Positions 1 to 14,074 of a stretch of 64,000 nucleotides of DNA are shown in pieces; the first letter of the stretch is position 1; each line of letters begins with the position of its first letter. The stretch comes from Camelus dromedarius (lineage: Eukaryota): contig NC_087436.1 of assembly GCF_036321535.1 (NCBI RefSeq), positions 89,344,001-89,408,000 on the forward strand, written 5' to 3'. Below the pieces are notes generated by a model that did no database searches, was not told the DNA's origin, and saw only the letters and a list, made by a program, of their open reading frames with translations. Position numbers and translations under genes: made by a program.

Positions 1-77
1 GGAATGAACCATAGAAAAGCCGGATGGAGGGTGACAAGGACGAGGGGCCCAGAGATGAAATTACATTGTGCTAGGGT

Positions 78-290
78 GTTAGAGCTGGAAGATACCCTTG
101 GGCTCACGAGTCTCATGCTCTCATTTTACAGATGATCAAAGTGAGGGCTGTAAGACAGACGAAGAAGCCAACCAGATGATGCACAGGAAAGAAAGAAGGA
201 GCTGAAATAAATAAACTAAATATAAATAAAAATAAATAAAAGTCAGGCCTCCCAGCTTCACACACTCTGCTCTTCCACTTGCCCTACAGC
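78..290 (-). mobile_element. MIR fragment with an internal (AAAT)n-like tract
   Basis: ctcattttacagatga...agtgagg, MIR core-like. Confidence 0.5.
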
Positions 291-1415
291 TTTGCTCCAG
301 GCTGGTATTTTAGAAGAGATTTAAATTAGGTTGCTTTCAATGTAAATAGCGAAAAATCAGGGTGTGGAAGTGGCTATTTGTATGAAAAGCATAAGAATGT
401 CAGGTAAGAGAAAAATGTGAAGAAGAAAAAAAAGGCAAAGAACCACCTAAATGTGCAAGGAGACACGAATCCCTTAAATTTTTCCAGCGACTGATACTAC
501 AGCAATATTTCTTATCATTAATTAAAAAATGAGCCTAAGAGACTTTGGAAAAACTCTGCTCTGCGGGTCTTTGAGAAGCTAATTTTTTAGCAAAGGGCAA
601 ACAGGGAAGCAAGTATCTCATGTGGTTCCCTCATAATTTATTTAGAAGGGTGTGATATTCTGTAGGCAAACTCTTCCTTGAGTGATTGTGTTTTTCTTAG
701 CATGATTGAGAGAATGTGGAGTATTTTTAGTGAGTGTTTTGACAGGCTACACTTGGCATTTTGTAAATAATAGAAAACTTGCTGATTGTACATTCTACTC
801 AAAATATATTTGCCTCAAGGGAACATAATGCAGATGACACGGAATAAGAAAAACAGCTATTCTACGGCTATTTCATGTTCCACTTCAGCTCACTATTTGT
901 GTTCCAAGCTCCAGGTGGATGACCTAAGGAGGTCATCCTTGCCAGGTAGATCGCTTAATGTGTATTGTGTGTAAAATTTCCTTGAATGGTTTGTGGCCTA
1001 AGTCTAGTCAAAAAAGAAATCTAGGTCCCAACAAGCTGAGGAATAAGGGAGTAAATATTAACCTTATCCAGAAACCCAGGTCTTTAAATCGGAATGCAGT
1101 GATGCCCATGGTAAGATACACCAACTTTGGAGACTCGGGTACATTTCAATTTCTGATAAAGTTCCACTGTACTTCCAGGTTTATGTAACCAGCTTAGTGC
1201 TGTGTGGGGTTTGTTTGGGGAGAAGGTAGAGAGGAAGTGATACTTAGGGACTGGCTGTGGAAGTTTGGGAGAAAAAGAACTGGTTCGATTGGCCTGGCAG
1301 ATGGTATGCCGCACGGAGATGATTCTATAGCCTAACTCGTGGTATGAGAGGTAGTCAACTCATGATTTGATCTCCAAGCTGGGATCCCAGTACTGGGCCA
1401 AGAAGAAAGCAAAGT

Positions 1416-1825
1416 TGTCTTTGGTCTGCTTCCTTAGAAGCAGAGCCTAAAATAGGGCTTCTTGGAAAAATGATTTTTAAGAGAAGGTACTCAGAAAGGC
1501 AGCAAGAGAAGCAGGAATCTGCTAGGAAAAACAGCTAAGCAAGTATGTCATCTCTTGGATGGAGAAAAGCCTTAGTCTGTCCCACATCCTGGAACACAGA
1601 TTGCACAAGAGAGTTGGTCCCACTTTGTGGCCAGAAAGCTGCCTTTTTAAAATTATTGACAGCTGGCCACTGGGAGTGGTTGGTAACCTCTCAGGCAAGA
1701 ACCCCACCAGACCAAGGGCAATTGTCCAGAGAAGGGGGCCACTGGGAGCCTTTGCAGCAACATTCCTAGTTGCTTGGGAATGAATTCACCAGCCTCCTCT
1801 AAGGGGTTTAGGCTGGATACCAACA
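1416..1825 (-). mobile_element. ERVL solo LTR, LTR16-like
   Basis: tgtctttggtctgcttccttagaagcagagcct resembles the reverse complement of the LTR16 3' terminus; ends ...caaca. Confidence 0.6.
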
Positions 1826-3614
1826 GCCTAGACAGGCTGGTAAACCAGTCCAGTTGTAGGAGTGCCTCACAAAGGGAACAGCCTGGAGTCTGTATTTAAA
1901 AGAACATATGGAAGTCCTGTTTTATCTAAGCTGGTTTGTACTCAAGGGACATCTAGCTGGTCTAGTCCTGAGACAAAGCAGTGGGAATCTCCAAGCAAGT
2001 GGGTCATTGGGTCAAGAGCTTCATGGGAGCAAGACGAATACCAGCAGCTGAAGGAACCAGGACAGACAATAGACTTTGAGCAGTAAAGGGAGGACCAGGC
2101 TTGGCTAGGAGGTCAAGGCCCTACATTGCTGGAGTCAGACAAAGGAGACTGTCAGTCCCACCTGGGGAACCAGAATATAAACCAAGAAACAAGACAAGGC
2201 TATATCTCAGTGGGGAAACAGAGTAGAGATGAAGGCAAGTTTATGGCTTGGTGAACACTCAAGAACATGGCATTACTCCATCCACACAAAGGTTAGAGGA
2301 GTTAAACTCATTCTGGACCCCACCAGCTGGGGGATGTTCGTCTATGGCTATAGACCCATTTCTGGATTGACCCAGGCGGGTTCCATGGGGGTCTAGGTTG
2401 CCAGGTCTCAGTGATTCCTGGATTTTTAGAAAAGGGAGGTGACAAAGCCTTGGAAATCCCAATTTCAATAATATTAATTATCCATTGCCATTAGATGCTT
2501 CCATAGATGTGCTGAATTTCCCCTCCATTTTTACTTAGGTTGCTTTCACATATTTTTCTATGATTTCATAGGATTTCATATTGGTGTGGCAAATAAGGGT
2601 TTCTGTGAGGAACAAACATCTTCAAAAAGATAAATTCCCTTGTTAGTGAAATAGACATAAAAATATCACATCTAAAAGAATTCTCTATATATCACAAACA
2701 TGCTCGCTAGAAGGATGGGATGCAAACTTCATCCTTCACTCATTATTTTGGAGAGATTGAACACGTGATTCATTTGTTTGATTCCCCCGTTGTGACAGAC
2801 GAAAGACCAGGTATCGACTGCCTATTCAGCCCTGGCATTCACGAGAACAACTCTGCTTGGACTGCAGGCTTTACTTCTAACTGCACCACTAAATTAATGA
2901 CTATCCTAGCATCATGTAGGTGTCTCTAAATTTGAGTATATTTCAGTTAAGTTTAAATTCTCATAACATTTGCAAAAGCCAGTTCAGCTGGTACCTGTGG
3001 AATCCGGGTGCTACTTTGCTTGGGTCAGAAACTGAAGGGGAAAAAAAAAATAAATCACAGGATGCTTCTGATTTGCTGCCACAACAGGAATATTCCCTGC
3101 AGTTTTTCCTGCTCTCTGATTTCAACCGATTTCATTTCTGCATGCTTGTGGCTCCTCCGTGAAACAGAAACGACTTATACAGCCTCACATTGGCAGTGAA
3201 AATCCTCATGGAAGCCATTTTTAATTTTGGAAGAAACTTGCTCTAAAAACAGCTCTTCCTCACCAGACCTTGGCAAGGGAGGAAGGAAATTCCTCCATTT
3301 CAGTAACACAGATATTTTAGGTGATTTGCCCTTAAATGCTGAGATAATCCTGAGATTTTCCTAGTACCACATCTGCCATTTAGTTACTTTTGGTATGGTG
3401 CACAGAAAAGATAAGTGGCTTAAAATTCAATTAATTGCATCCTCATTGGTAATCATAATTCTTCCAGCTTTAGCTCCTTTCCATCTTTACCTGACAACTG
3501 TATATGCCTGTTTAGATAAGGCTCAAATGTCACCTCGTCTGAAGTCTTCCTTATGTTAGTTACTCCTGCCTCTGAACAGTTTTGGCATGTTGTGTATGCC
3601 CCAGTCATAGCAGT

Positions 3615-3760
3615 AATAATATTCTAACAGTAGCTAACATTTATTGGGCACTTCTTATGCACCAAGTGCCATTCTAGGCACTTTATATCCATGATTTGGC
3701 TTAATTGTCACAAGAATTCCATGAGAAATGTCATATTTGTAGCCTTATGTTACAGAAAAT
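3615..3760 (-). mobile_element. MIR fragment
   Basis: tagctaacatttattgggcacttcttatgcaccaagtgccattctaggcacttt. Confidence 0.7.
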
Positions 3761-5547
3761 GCCCTGCCTCCCACAGTTCTGCCCCGGCAGTCCCTGTCTC
3801 TTTATTTGGTGTCTTTCAGCAAGTATTTTATAACAGTTAATGTGAAGAAATCCAACTTTAGCTTTACATGCTACAGGGAGGGTCTATTTTCTAGGAGCTA
3901 CAAAATACATTAATTTTAATTTGTGCCACTTTCAGACAAAAATATTCAAAGGTATTTTTGAGCCCATTGAGTATGTTCTTTAATTTGGTTCCTTTTTATA
4001 CAGGCATTTAAAAAATACACTATTGTTTAGCATATTTGCTTGTGAAGATGTGCTTCTATAGAAAAAGCATTCATTGTCTGACTTTTCCACAGAGACCATT
4101 GTTAAAATACCATTAAAAATCTTTGGCAAGGACAATGTTGTTTATAAAACATATCTGAAGAAAAATTTATCTTACACATATGCTATATAATTTTGAAATA
4201 ATCCAATGATAGCTTGAAATTAATGATAATTCCAAAATTAAAAAAAAAGAAACTCAGAGATACCTATTAATTTTCAAAGAGTAAGAGAAGCAGTCTAGGC
4301 AGTTAAAACAGCTGTTGCCATAAAGAATCTGTATTTAATCCAATTCTGGACACTCTGAAATTAGCTCTAAGTATCTGTGTAGTGCTAGCCTTTCTAATAA
4401 GTCACGGTGTATAGGTTTATAGTAAGAACTGTCTAAATTAAGAAGACAACATTGTAAGTGTGCTAAACAACAGAAATGTTTAGTAAATACTCAATAACGG
4501 TGACATGTCAGCGTTTAAAATCGCATTAACAATGCCAGATAAATTGTTACATTAACTTAAAGTACTGCCAAATTGACTGTATAATTTCTGAATGTTAATT
4601 TAATTAAATTAGTGGCAACACATAAATAACACTGATTTCAAGAAATCTATCACAAGAGAAAACAGAAACCGGCTTACTAAATCCATAAGTATTTTCTTTG
4701 AATGTGGTACAGTGTCACCAAGTGCTACAGGATCATTCTTAGGACCAAGAATATATAAGTAGATTAAAGTTTATAACATTGCCTGATCATTATGCAAACT
4801 TACATTTTCAGGGAGACATTAGAGAGCTACTATCAAATATGATACCATATAGTAAAAGTTGTATTTAGCTAAATACTGCAGAAATAAAATAGGATATTCC
4901 TTTATGATGCTGTTTACAGACTCTGCTGGGAGTTATTGTAGCAAACTAACATTTATTTTTTTCTCTGGTTGCTATGGCCTTTGGTAGCTTAATGCATTGC
5001 TACTAAAACATATTTAGCTTGAATGTGTAACCTGCTGTGAGTTATAAAATATTAAACCCTTAACTTTTTTCCTTAGACTGTGTTACCAAAGGAAACCCTC
5101 AACAACATATTTTCCAGAAGTGTAATCCATGTATAATCTCTATGGTAAATGTCATCAGTTGTTTAAAATGGTAAAAACCCAGAGAGACACCGCCCTTAGG
5201 CACTGCCGTATAATAACAATCTTCTGATTGAATAAACATACTTAAGAGTCAAAGTTTGCTTGAGAGGACACAACATAAAAGAGAAATTTGAAGCTTGTTC
5301 AAAGCAGGAAAATATACTCGGTTTCCACCTAGTCAAGATGACTCTTTGCATTGTACCACTTCAACATGTTTTTTAATTGATGACTAAGAGATTGCAATGA
5401 CTTTACGAAGTCATGGAGATATTTAGGGTAATTTACAAGCACATAATGGTTCTCAAGATATCTAACATCAGCTTCATCATCCCCTTCATCCTCATCACCC
5501 AATTAAAATAGAAGAGGAATTTTATGCTTTGCTGAACAATGGGATAT

Positions 5548-5600
5548 TATTTATATTTATATTTATATTTATATTTATATTTATATTTATATTTATTTAT
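5548..5600. repeat. (ATATTT)n microsatellite
   Basis: About 8 hexamer units; produces the IFIFIF run in ORF 5529..5735. Confidence 0.95.
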
Positions 5601-5654
5601 AAAAAAATGTTTCCACTAGTTGACGTGAGAGTTGAAAATATAAACATGGAAAAG

Positions 5655-7480
5655 AGTTCATTCAATACATATCTATCGACAGCCTTCCATACACTTGGCA
5701 CTGTTCTAGGCAGTGGGAATACAGCAAAGAACTGAATAGATACAAACCCCTGTCCTCTTGGAGCTGGCGTTGCCTATTGAGGAGAGATGGGAAAAGAAAT
5801 CAGGTAAATGAGAAAGTACAAAATATTTCAGGTTTTGGTAAGTTCTATTTGATAAAGTGAAAACGAGATAAGGAGGATAAAGAGTGCTGGGAGGGAGTGG
5901 AGGGTGCTGGTTGGGGAGAGTGTGCTGTTTTCTACAGGGTGCTCAAGAAAAGCCTCACTGAGAAAATGATATTGGAGCAGAAACCTAAAGGAAAGGAGAG
6001 AGAAAATCATTCAGGAATCTGGATACACAGATTCCTGGTGGAGAAAATTAGTAGAAAGGTCTTGTGATGGGAGTGCATGGAATATCTGAGGAACAGAAAG
6101 GAGGCAGGTGTGACTGGGGCCACAGCAATATAAGGGAGAGTGAGAAAAGGTGAGATCAGGAAAGTAGCTCCAGCCAGAAATATTTTGTTGGCCAAGCTAA
6201 AGTTTGGAATTTTATTTTGAGTTTTGAAAACGCAAACCACTGAAATGTGGGAGCAAAAGAGGAGCATGACCTGACTTGGGGTTTAGGAGGATTGCTCTGG
6301 CTGCTTTGTTGAGTATGATAGATTGTGGACGTTTAGTACAGAAAAAAAGAAATTAGTCCAGAAGTTTGTGCCATAATCCAGAATACACAGTAACAGTGGA
6401 TGTGAGAAGTGATCTGACTCTGAACATAGTAGGAAGGCAGAGCATTAAGGACATGCTGAGGGATCTGACATGGAATGTAGAAGCAAGGATGGTCCCGTTA
6501 AATGGACGATCTGAGCAATTAGAAGAATGATGCTGTTTCTTTCTGAGATAAAAAAAAATATGTGGGAGTAAAGTCTAGGTCACAATGGGGGTTAGGAATC
6601 AGGATTCGTTTTCGGACATATTAAAATTAAGATGCATATTAGACTTCTATATGGAGATATCAAGTGGTAGTTGAGTAAAGAGTCTGGAATTCATGCTTGA
6701 GATCTCTGACGTGGAGTCCTTAGAGTGAAGTTATTTAACGACATTAGAATAGATGAAGTCACTCAAGGAGTAGGTTGAAAAATGCAAAGATTTGAAAAAT
6801 GGCCCCTGGGATAATCCAAAGTTTAGAAGTTAGCAGAAAATGAATAACAGCAAAGGGAACTAGAAGGAGTGGTTGACAAGGTATGGAGAAACCTACACTG
6901 AGTGGTATCCTGGTAGGCAAATGGATAAGATGTTTCAAGAAGAATGGCAAATGCAATATTTTTGCTGAGTAAGACGACTGAGAATAGACCAGTACACAGA
7001 GCAACGCGGAAGTTTTTGTTGATCCACATGTGAATTGCCTTGGGAGTAGTAGAGTCATTTTAATGAGTTCAAAAGGAAATGTGTGAGAGAAACTGGAGGT
7101 AGTGGGTATAGTCAACATATTTAAGATGTTTGTTGTAGGATGGGGAAAGGATAAATTAGGAGTTTAGGATTAGCAGATACAAACTACTGTATATAAAATA
7201 GGTAAACAACAAAGTCCTACTGTACAGCACAGAGAACTGTATTCAACTTCCTGTAATAAACCATAACAGAAATGAATATGAAAAAGTATATATGTGTGTA
7301 CAACTGAATGACTTTGCTGTACACCAGAAACTAACACAGCATTGTAAAATCAACCATACTTCAATAAAAATTTTTTAAAATACAAATAAATAAAAAATAA
7401 AAATCTCAGCAAACTAAAGAAGAATTTATGTTTTAAAGAGAAAGAGAGAAGTGGGACTGTATTAGAGATAAAATTGGCAA
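5655..7480 (-). mobile_element. L2 LINE (3' part), interrupted by a young L1
   Basis: ttcattcaatacatat...ggcactgttctaggcagtgggaatacagca (L2 3' end reversed) followed by a purine-rich L2 body. Confidence 0.85.
7137..7403 (+). mobile_element. 5'-truncated artiodactyl-type L1 3'UTR with A-rich tail
   Basis: gataaattaggagtttaggattagcagatacaaactact...tgtacaccagaaactaacac...cttcaataaaaa; homologous to the copies at 18677, 36400 and 52465. Confidence 0.9.
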
Positions 7481-9929
7481 TGCAAAATAGAGAAAGATTT
7501 TTTTTTCTCAAAGGGGAAATGGAAGATCCTAAAAAGGTGGCCGTGTGGAGGATTTTGATGGACAGGCATGGAAAGAACTTTCTAGTCAGAAGAGCACATA
7601 GAAAGCACAGAAGCAGCTTAGGAACAAGGCCAACAGACCTGGCTAGAGAGCTTGGTTCCTGAGTGTATAAACTGGAGTGAAGAAGAAAATATGACCAGAC
7701 AAGTAGGTGAGGGTCAAACTGTAGAAACTACTGAATGTTGACTGAAGAGTGTAGAATATAAGTGATATAACGTGACTCTGGAGAGGCTTTTCAACAGATA
7801 TGCATTTTCAATGGAAGACTGGATTGGAGAGTACATTGAAGGACTGAACAGAATGCATGGGAATAATCAGAAAATAATTTCATTTTTGAAGAGGAAGAAT
7901 GAAGGCCTCAATTAGGAGGTAGAAATAAGACAGATTTGAGAAACATGTTGAAAATAGATAATTGAGGATTGAAGGGAAAAGGGGCTTGATGACAACACTA
8001 TGATGTCTGGAGGGTTTAGGAAGATTAGTGATGCTTTTCACGGGGGTAACAGGAAGAGGAAAATATTAGTTTGGGAGGAGTGGAGTTCTATTTCATGCCA
8101 GATTTCCTGGTTCAATGCTGATCTAAATTAATCTCACATAGGGAAATTCTATGAGTTCTCCAAAAATGGGGGTGGGAGGAAAGAAGGTAAAATTTCTAGA
8201 AGAGATTATATTGGAACAAAAATCCAGAGTGATAAAAAGGTAAACTTGGAGAAATCATCATTTTTTGGAGGAAGGTGGGTCTTGGCATCTCTCCCTGTTA
8301 ATCATTTCACCTTCCCAAATCCAGGCCTTATTTCTTCAGGACACCTAAGCAAATGCTCTCAGGGCCTTGAGATCTGATTCATACACCTCAGAGCTGATTT
8401 ATTAAATTGGGTGGCTCAGAACAGAAGGCACTTTGTTGAGACACAAGTCTCAGCCACTGAACACACTTACCCTAACACACAGTAGAGACACATAACTAAC
8501 AAACAATCTGGAACCTATTGTGTCTTCCCCCTCCCCCAAAAAACTTTTTAAAAAATAATTAAATAGATAAATGCTACTTTTTGAATGTCAATTTTTATTA
8601 CGGTTAACTAGTTTTTCCAAGCTTAAATAATTCTGAGGTCCCAGGCTTATCAGTGGCTTCACTCATTTGTATTTCGGATGGGGCCATCCTACCCTCCCTC
8701 ATTTCTAGCCTAGAGATAACAAAGTACAAGAACCATCCGTTGTTCAGTTTGCAGGAGTTATTCAGCGTTTGGCGAACTTGAAGACTGGCAAACTTTGACT
8801 GCACCCAACAATTTGGAGTTCTCACATCAAGAGGAATTTAAAAGAGGGAAATTTCAAGACACCACCATTCACCACGCTTTGGGATTCTATTCTGAAATAT
8901 CCAAAGGGTTTGTTTTCCTCTTGTCTTAAAGTTCTTTGCACAATACTTCCTTTTCTTCCTTCATGTTTTTATGATGTCACTTTGTGAATGGAGCTGTCAC
9001 TGTGAGGGACGAACTGCCTAGCTATCCTGGGAGAACTGAGAAACTGCATAGCTTCAACAAGGAGGCAGTTTTCCAACTTTTGCTAAAGGGGAAAAAAAAA
9101 ATCACATGTCAGCATGAAATAGTGCCCATTTGAGTGCAAGGGGGAAAAAAACCACTTTATTATGTAAGAGATGAAACATTGTTTTTATTAAGAAGGGTTG
9201 TTGTTGGTTTGAGACAGCATTGCACGCTGGTGTGTGGGTTTTAATATGCCATTTGTCTTTCCAACATCTACTGCCATTTAAAATGTCACCAGTTTTTCCC
9301 AGTGGTGAGGTAAAACCACGGGAACGGCATTCAAACCACTTCACCAAGTACAAGCCAATTTTAACAAATTCGTAATTAAAACCCAGCCAAATCGCTCCCT
9401 GCACTGCCAAAGTCCTTCCTGTGTATCACCCAATTAAATATCCTTTCTGTAAGGAAGCCGGCTTCTTGGCGATGCCAAACTAAATCACTAATGTCTTTAT
9501 AACAATGAGACCTTTCTGTTCTCATACCGTTTTCAAATACCCTAATCCCATTGGCCTTCTCAAACATTTCGAGAGATAATGTGTCCATTATTTCATCCAA
9601 TAGATATTTACTGAACACCTATTACACACCAAAAACTGTTCTAGACTCTCAAGATGCATCTGTGAGCAAAAAAAAAGTCTTTGCCATCATAGTCCTGCCA
9701 TTCTAGCAGGGGGTGCAAATGAGGAGTAAATAAACAAGTAGGCAGATAATATAATATTAGGTTGAGAAATGTTATGAAGAAAAATACGGAAGAGGAAGAG
9801 AAGAGAGTGATAGGGATGTTGCTTTAGTTAGAAGACAGAGCAAGACCAAACTGAAGTAGGAACATTTAAACAGAGAACCAAATGCCGGGCATAACATTCC
9901 AGGAAGGGGAAAAGCTAATGCAGAGGCCA

Positions 9930-10470
9930 GAGGCAGTCCCACCTTCAAGCTAATGAGCTGAAGCTATAAGACCACTTATTTAAGACCCCTGGGACGGGCC
10001 TTTGTCCACAGGGTCATACATTCCTTAAGAGATTTGCACAAGGCAGGATGTTAACCACAGTTGGTTATGTCTGCTGCCTCTTTCCACTCTTAGTCTTCCT
10101 TTCATCACACTTCCCTCCTGCCTGTCAGGTAGTGTTGGAGTAGCCAGTGGCATTGTTAGGATCATGAAGAGACTTATTCCGTTCGGTTTTAGTGGATTTA
10201 GGTGGGTTGCAGTTGCTTTTTATTTAAGCTACTGCCAGCTTCTCCCTAGAAGAATTCAAGTATACCTTCTTTGTACTGAGGCATAGCAGTCAGTTCCTGA
10301 ATAAAAATACCATTAGGCTGTTTGTCAGTTTATCGAAATTTGTAAATTACAGAGGTTTGTTTTTTAATCCACGTATTCACATTTACATCCAATTTTTGTA
10401 TTCTCTTTCTTAAAAAGCATCCCCCCAAATTGTACGTGTCAGGCTTACAGCACCTGTTAGACCCTGACTG
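9930..10470 (+). mobile_element. hAT-Tip100 DNA transposon relic (Zaphod/MER115-like)
   Basis: aagctaatgagctgaagct... start, tctttccactc...tcacacttccc internal and ttttgtattctctttcttaaa...ccccccaaattgta end resemble the recalled consensus. Confidence 0.55.
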
Positions 10471-10666
10471 GAGAAGGTGCCTGGCATGTTCAGCACCTGC
10501 ATGGGTGGAGGTCAGCAGGGCTCGAGAAAGGTGAGTAAGGGAGAAAGATGAGAGATGAGAGGGGTTGCCAGGGAGATTCCTTAGAGCCTTAGAAACTAGT
10601 ATAAGGTCTCTGCGTTTTGGTCTAAGTAAGAGAGGAAACCATCAAAGGGTTTTAAGTAGAGAAGTG

Positions 10667-11004
10667 TTTTTTTTTTTTTAAGATTCCACGTATAAGTTAT
10701 ATACAGTATTTGCCTTTCTCTGTCTGACTGAGTTCACTTCATATAATGCTCTCCGAGTCCATGATGTTGCTGCAAATGGAAAAATTTCATTCTTTTTTAT
10801 AATAAAACAAAAAAGAAGCAGACTTACAGCAACAGAGAACAAACTAGGGGTTACCAGTGGGAAGAGGAAGGGGGGCAACAAAGGGGTAGGGAGAAAAAGA
10901 GTTATTATGGGATTATATGAAATCATGTGTGTGAAACTTTTGAAAACTGTGAAGCACTATAGAATTTAAAGAATCTTTCATTCAATAAAAAAATTTTTTA
11001 AAAA
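10667..11004 (+). mobile_element. 5'-inverted, truncated L1
   Basis: About 10678-10800 is minus-strand ORF2 C-terminus (IKKNEIFPFAAT in the ORF track). 10801-11004 is plus-strand 3'UTR with AATAAA and tail. Degenerate TSD gagaagt(g/a). Confidence 0.85.
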
Positions 11005-14000
11005 TCGAGAAGTATTTTGGAAACAGCCCTCTGGCTTCTGTATTGAGAATGGATATGAGGGCGGCAAGACTGGAAGCTGGGAAATCAGTTAGGAGGCTTT
11101 GCGCTGATTCAGAAAGGAGACGATAGGGCTTGGATATGGGTGGTAGTCAGGAATGTGGTGAGGGTGATCAAATCTGGGATACATTTCAGGGTCTAACTGA
11201 CAGAATTTGTGGATGGGTTGGCTGTGAAGTATGATAGAATCATCCGTGACTCCAAGATTTTTGGCCCAGGTGACTGAGCCAAAGGTGGTGACATATCTTA
11301 GAAGTGTTTTTGAAATTTATGAAGTGTTTTGAAATCGAAAACACTGAGGGAAGAAGAGGTTTGAGGTAAACTCAAGATTTGGTATGTGTAGAATTTGAAA
11401 CATTCTCTTCACATCCATTGGAGATATTGGTTTCAGAAATTTCAGTCATCAGTGTCCTACCATTGGTATCTGATGACGTGGACTGTGTAAGATTACCAGT
11501 AGGTGAGGAGACCAAGACAGAAAGAGCTGAAGAGATATGCTCCGGGACTTACTGCTTACTATGAGAACACCAAGTCTCCTGACTTCCAGAAGAGTATTTT
11601 TTCCATACCCAATTTCTATCAGAATTAGAAGGATAATAAGGAAATCTCCTGAATGTTATGGAAAGAGTTAGAAAACACTGCTTTAGCGGAAGATAGGTTA
11701 AAATGTTGTAATCTTCCTGGGGTATACTTAAATATTTAAATCAAGTCCTGTCACATAAATAATTTAAAATAAATTGCCTCATCTGTTTCACTAAGCTGTC
11801 ACAAATTGGCATTTAAAATATACATACTGTCAAAGAACATTCTAGGTAAGCCACATTTCCAAAGAAAGGCATAGTATTTTTCTGGTGGAAACAGGTTTCC
11901 ATTGTGTCAGCAAAAACACCAAGCAATAAATTAATCTCTGGCTTGTCAAAAAAAGACATTGCTTCAAGCTTGACCTGAAGGAGTCACCGGAAATCTGATG
12001 GGAATAGCTCAGGACTGGAAAAATCCTTTTGAGAAAATGACCGTGTCTGGTTTTTGCTCTGTCCTTAGTAGAATTTTGTATAAATGGCTTACAAGTGCCC
12101 CTTAATGTGATGCAGTTCAAATGCTATCAGCAGCGTCACATCAGATTGGAGTGGACCCGCCAGGACTTTGAGACCCAATAAGGTGCAAAGCAGCACAAAT
12201 GAGAAGACCTCATCATACTAAATAATGCAATAAGGTCTCCAAGGAGAAGATAAATATGACTCTGATCTCTCTTGGCAGCATCATATCTGTCACTATTACA
12301 GAATGTGGAATTCAATGTAGGAATGAAAAATAAGAATGGATATTACCATTTGAGAGTTGAGAGGCTACACTGAAACGAGTCTCCGGGGACCAGTCACTGA
12401 GGATAAACAGCACACACTACAAAACGAATCCAAAGAAAGTATGTGCAACGTAGTCGCAGAGTGATGAGCATTTGGGGGAGAAACCACGTGCTGAGAAGTG
12501 AGATTCTAAGACGACCACCTCCCTGAGGAATCTCTCTGAAGATGAGACAGTTTCCTGCATTGAGTTAAATGCTTGCTACATAGCTCCTGCACGAATGAGG
12601 AGAATGCATTTTGGACTTTGCCTTTCTCAAGACATGACTCATTTCTTTTAGTTCAGCTTATTCTTCAAAACTCTGAATAACTGCAGATGATCCACCCAGC
12701 TAGGAGCAGAAAAGTAAGTGATTTTCTTGGTAGGATCAACTAAGAAAGCCCAGCTGCTTCAGAATCCCATCCTGTTCCCTGTTCCCTCACTGTCTGAGTC
12801 TAGCAAACAAAAAGTAACAATAATAGTCACCTCTTTATTTTGCTTACATGACTCCTTAAACATTTGACTGAATTTTTTTCATGGAAGAAACCAATAATCC
12901 AATTTTAAAAAGCATTATACATGTAGTTCATCTTTGTTAGTTTCCTTAGAACAAATGGGACAGGGGAAAAAGAAGGAAGTTTTTTTTTTTTCTCAGAATT
13001 GAGTTTTACCCTGGGAGAGCTGACAGTTTGATTACAGATGTACAGATTCCCAACCCAAAGGGAAATTCAAATCACATGTCAAAGCCTTTTGAAAAGCAGG
13101 CACCTATGAAGCATTATTATATTGCCAGCGAAATATTTTTGAACTAATGGATTTGATAGCTATTTTTTTGTAATCTTGTGTTTCATAATGAAGGGAGAGA
13201 AGATTAAATATGTTTATTGTAGATTCACCATGGGACATTAATTCTTCAATTGAAACCATAAAATCCTGGAATTGGACACTTATTTTTAACAGCAAAATGC
13301 TTAAGATGAATAATAGTATGATTTATCCAACCAACTATGAATAATATAATGAAGAACAACTGGGGAAATGGTGAGGGCCAACACTTTCAAGTGCCACCTT
13401 TCTTGTGTGACTTACGTGACTCATTTTAAGCTATTTCCATATTGAAAATTAATTGAAGCTGCTGAATCCACTAAGACCAGCCGGGCAATCTGCCCCCTTT
13501 AGATATGAGTGTTAAGGTGGGAAATTCTGAGGGGTAACAAGCATGCCCCTAGCTTCAGGAGAGACATAAAAATCAAAAGAAGAAATCCTCTCTACCAAAC
13601 TGCAAACTCTGTAAGTCTTTCCTTGTATTTACTATAACTGAAAATGACATACGAAAGTTAATGCCACTGAGGGAAAAACAAATAATCTTCACCAATGTAA
13701 ATGCAAAAATGTTCAAAGGGTTGACTTAATTCTATAGTTTTGAGGCAAATCCCTGGAAGCTGAGATATTTCTATGGGTATTTTTCTCCTTCCAATTATGG
13801 AAGGCAAAACAACAGTTTACATGCTCTGAGATTCAGCACGTGATGATGACCTCGAGGGTGGTCTTACATTCAGAGTCTGGTGGGTCTGTATTTATACTCC
13901 AGTTCCCTTACTTTCTGTGTGATGTTGCATTTGGTTTACAGATTGTCACCTATGTAGAATATATGTTTACCATTGGAGGTCGTATTTATTTCTTGAAGAC

Positions 14001-14074
14001 TGTTCTGGCAAACAAAAATCCATGAATTATAGAGCATGGAGTTTGTGAATCATTTCCTAAGGCGTTGACCTCAG

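Larger units (their letters stand above)
9588..11420 (-). mobile_element. L2 LINE hosting two nested insertions
   Basis: ttcatccaatagatatttactgaacacctat L2 3' end; L2 body resumes after about 10470 and about 11020. Confidence 0.8.

Noticed and set aside
1185..2260. Possible ancient LTR relics flanking the LTR16-like element (similar texture at 20700-21030)
   Set aside because: Too diverged to assign termini or family by eye.
9466..9478. NFI full site TTGGC-gat-GCCAA
   Set aside because: The spacer is 3 nt, not the canonical 5.
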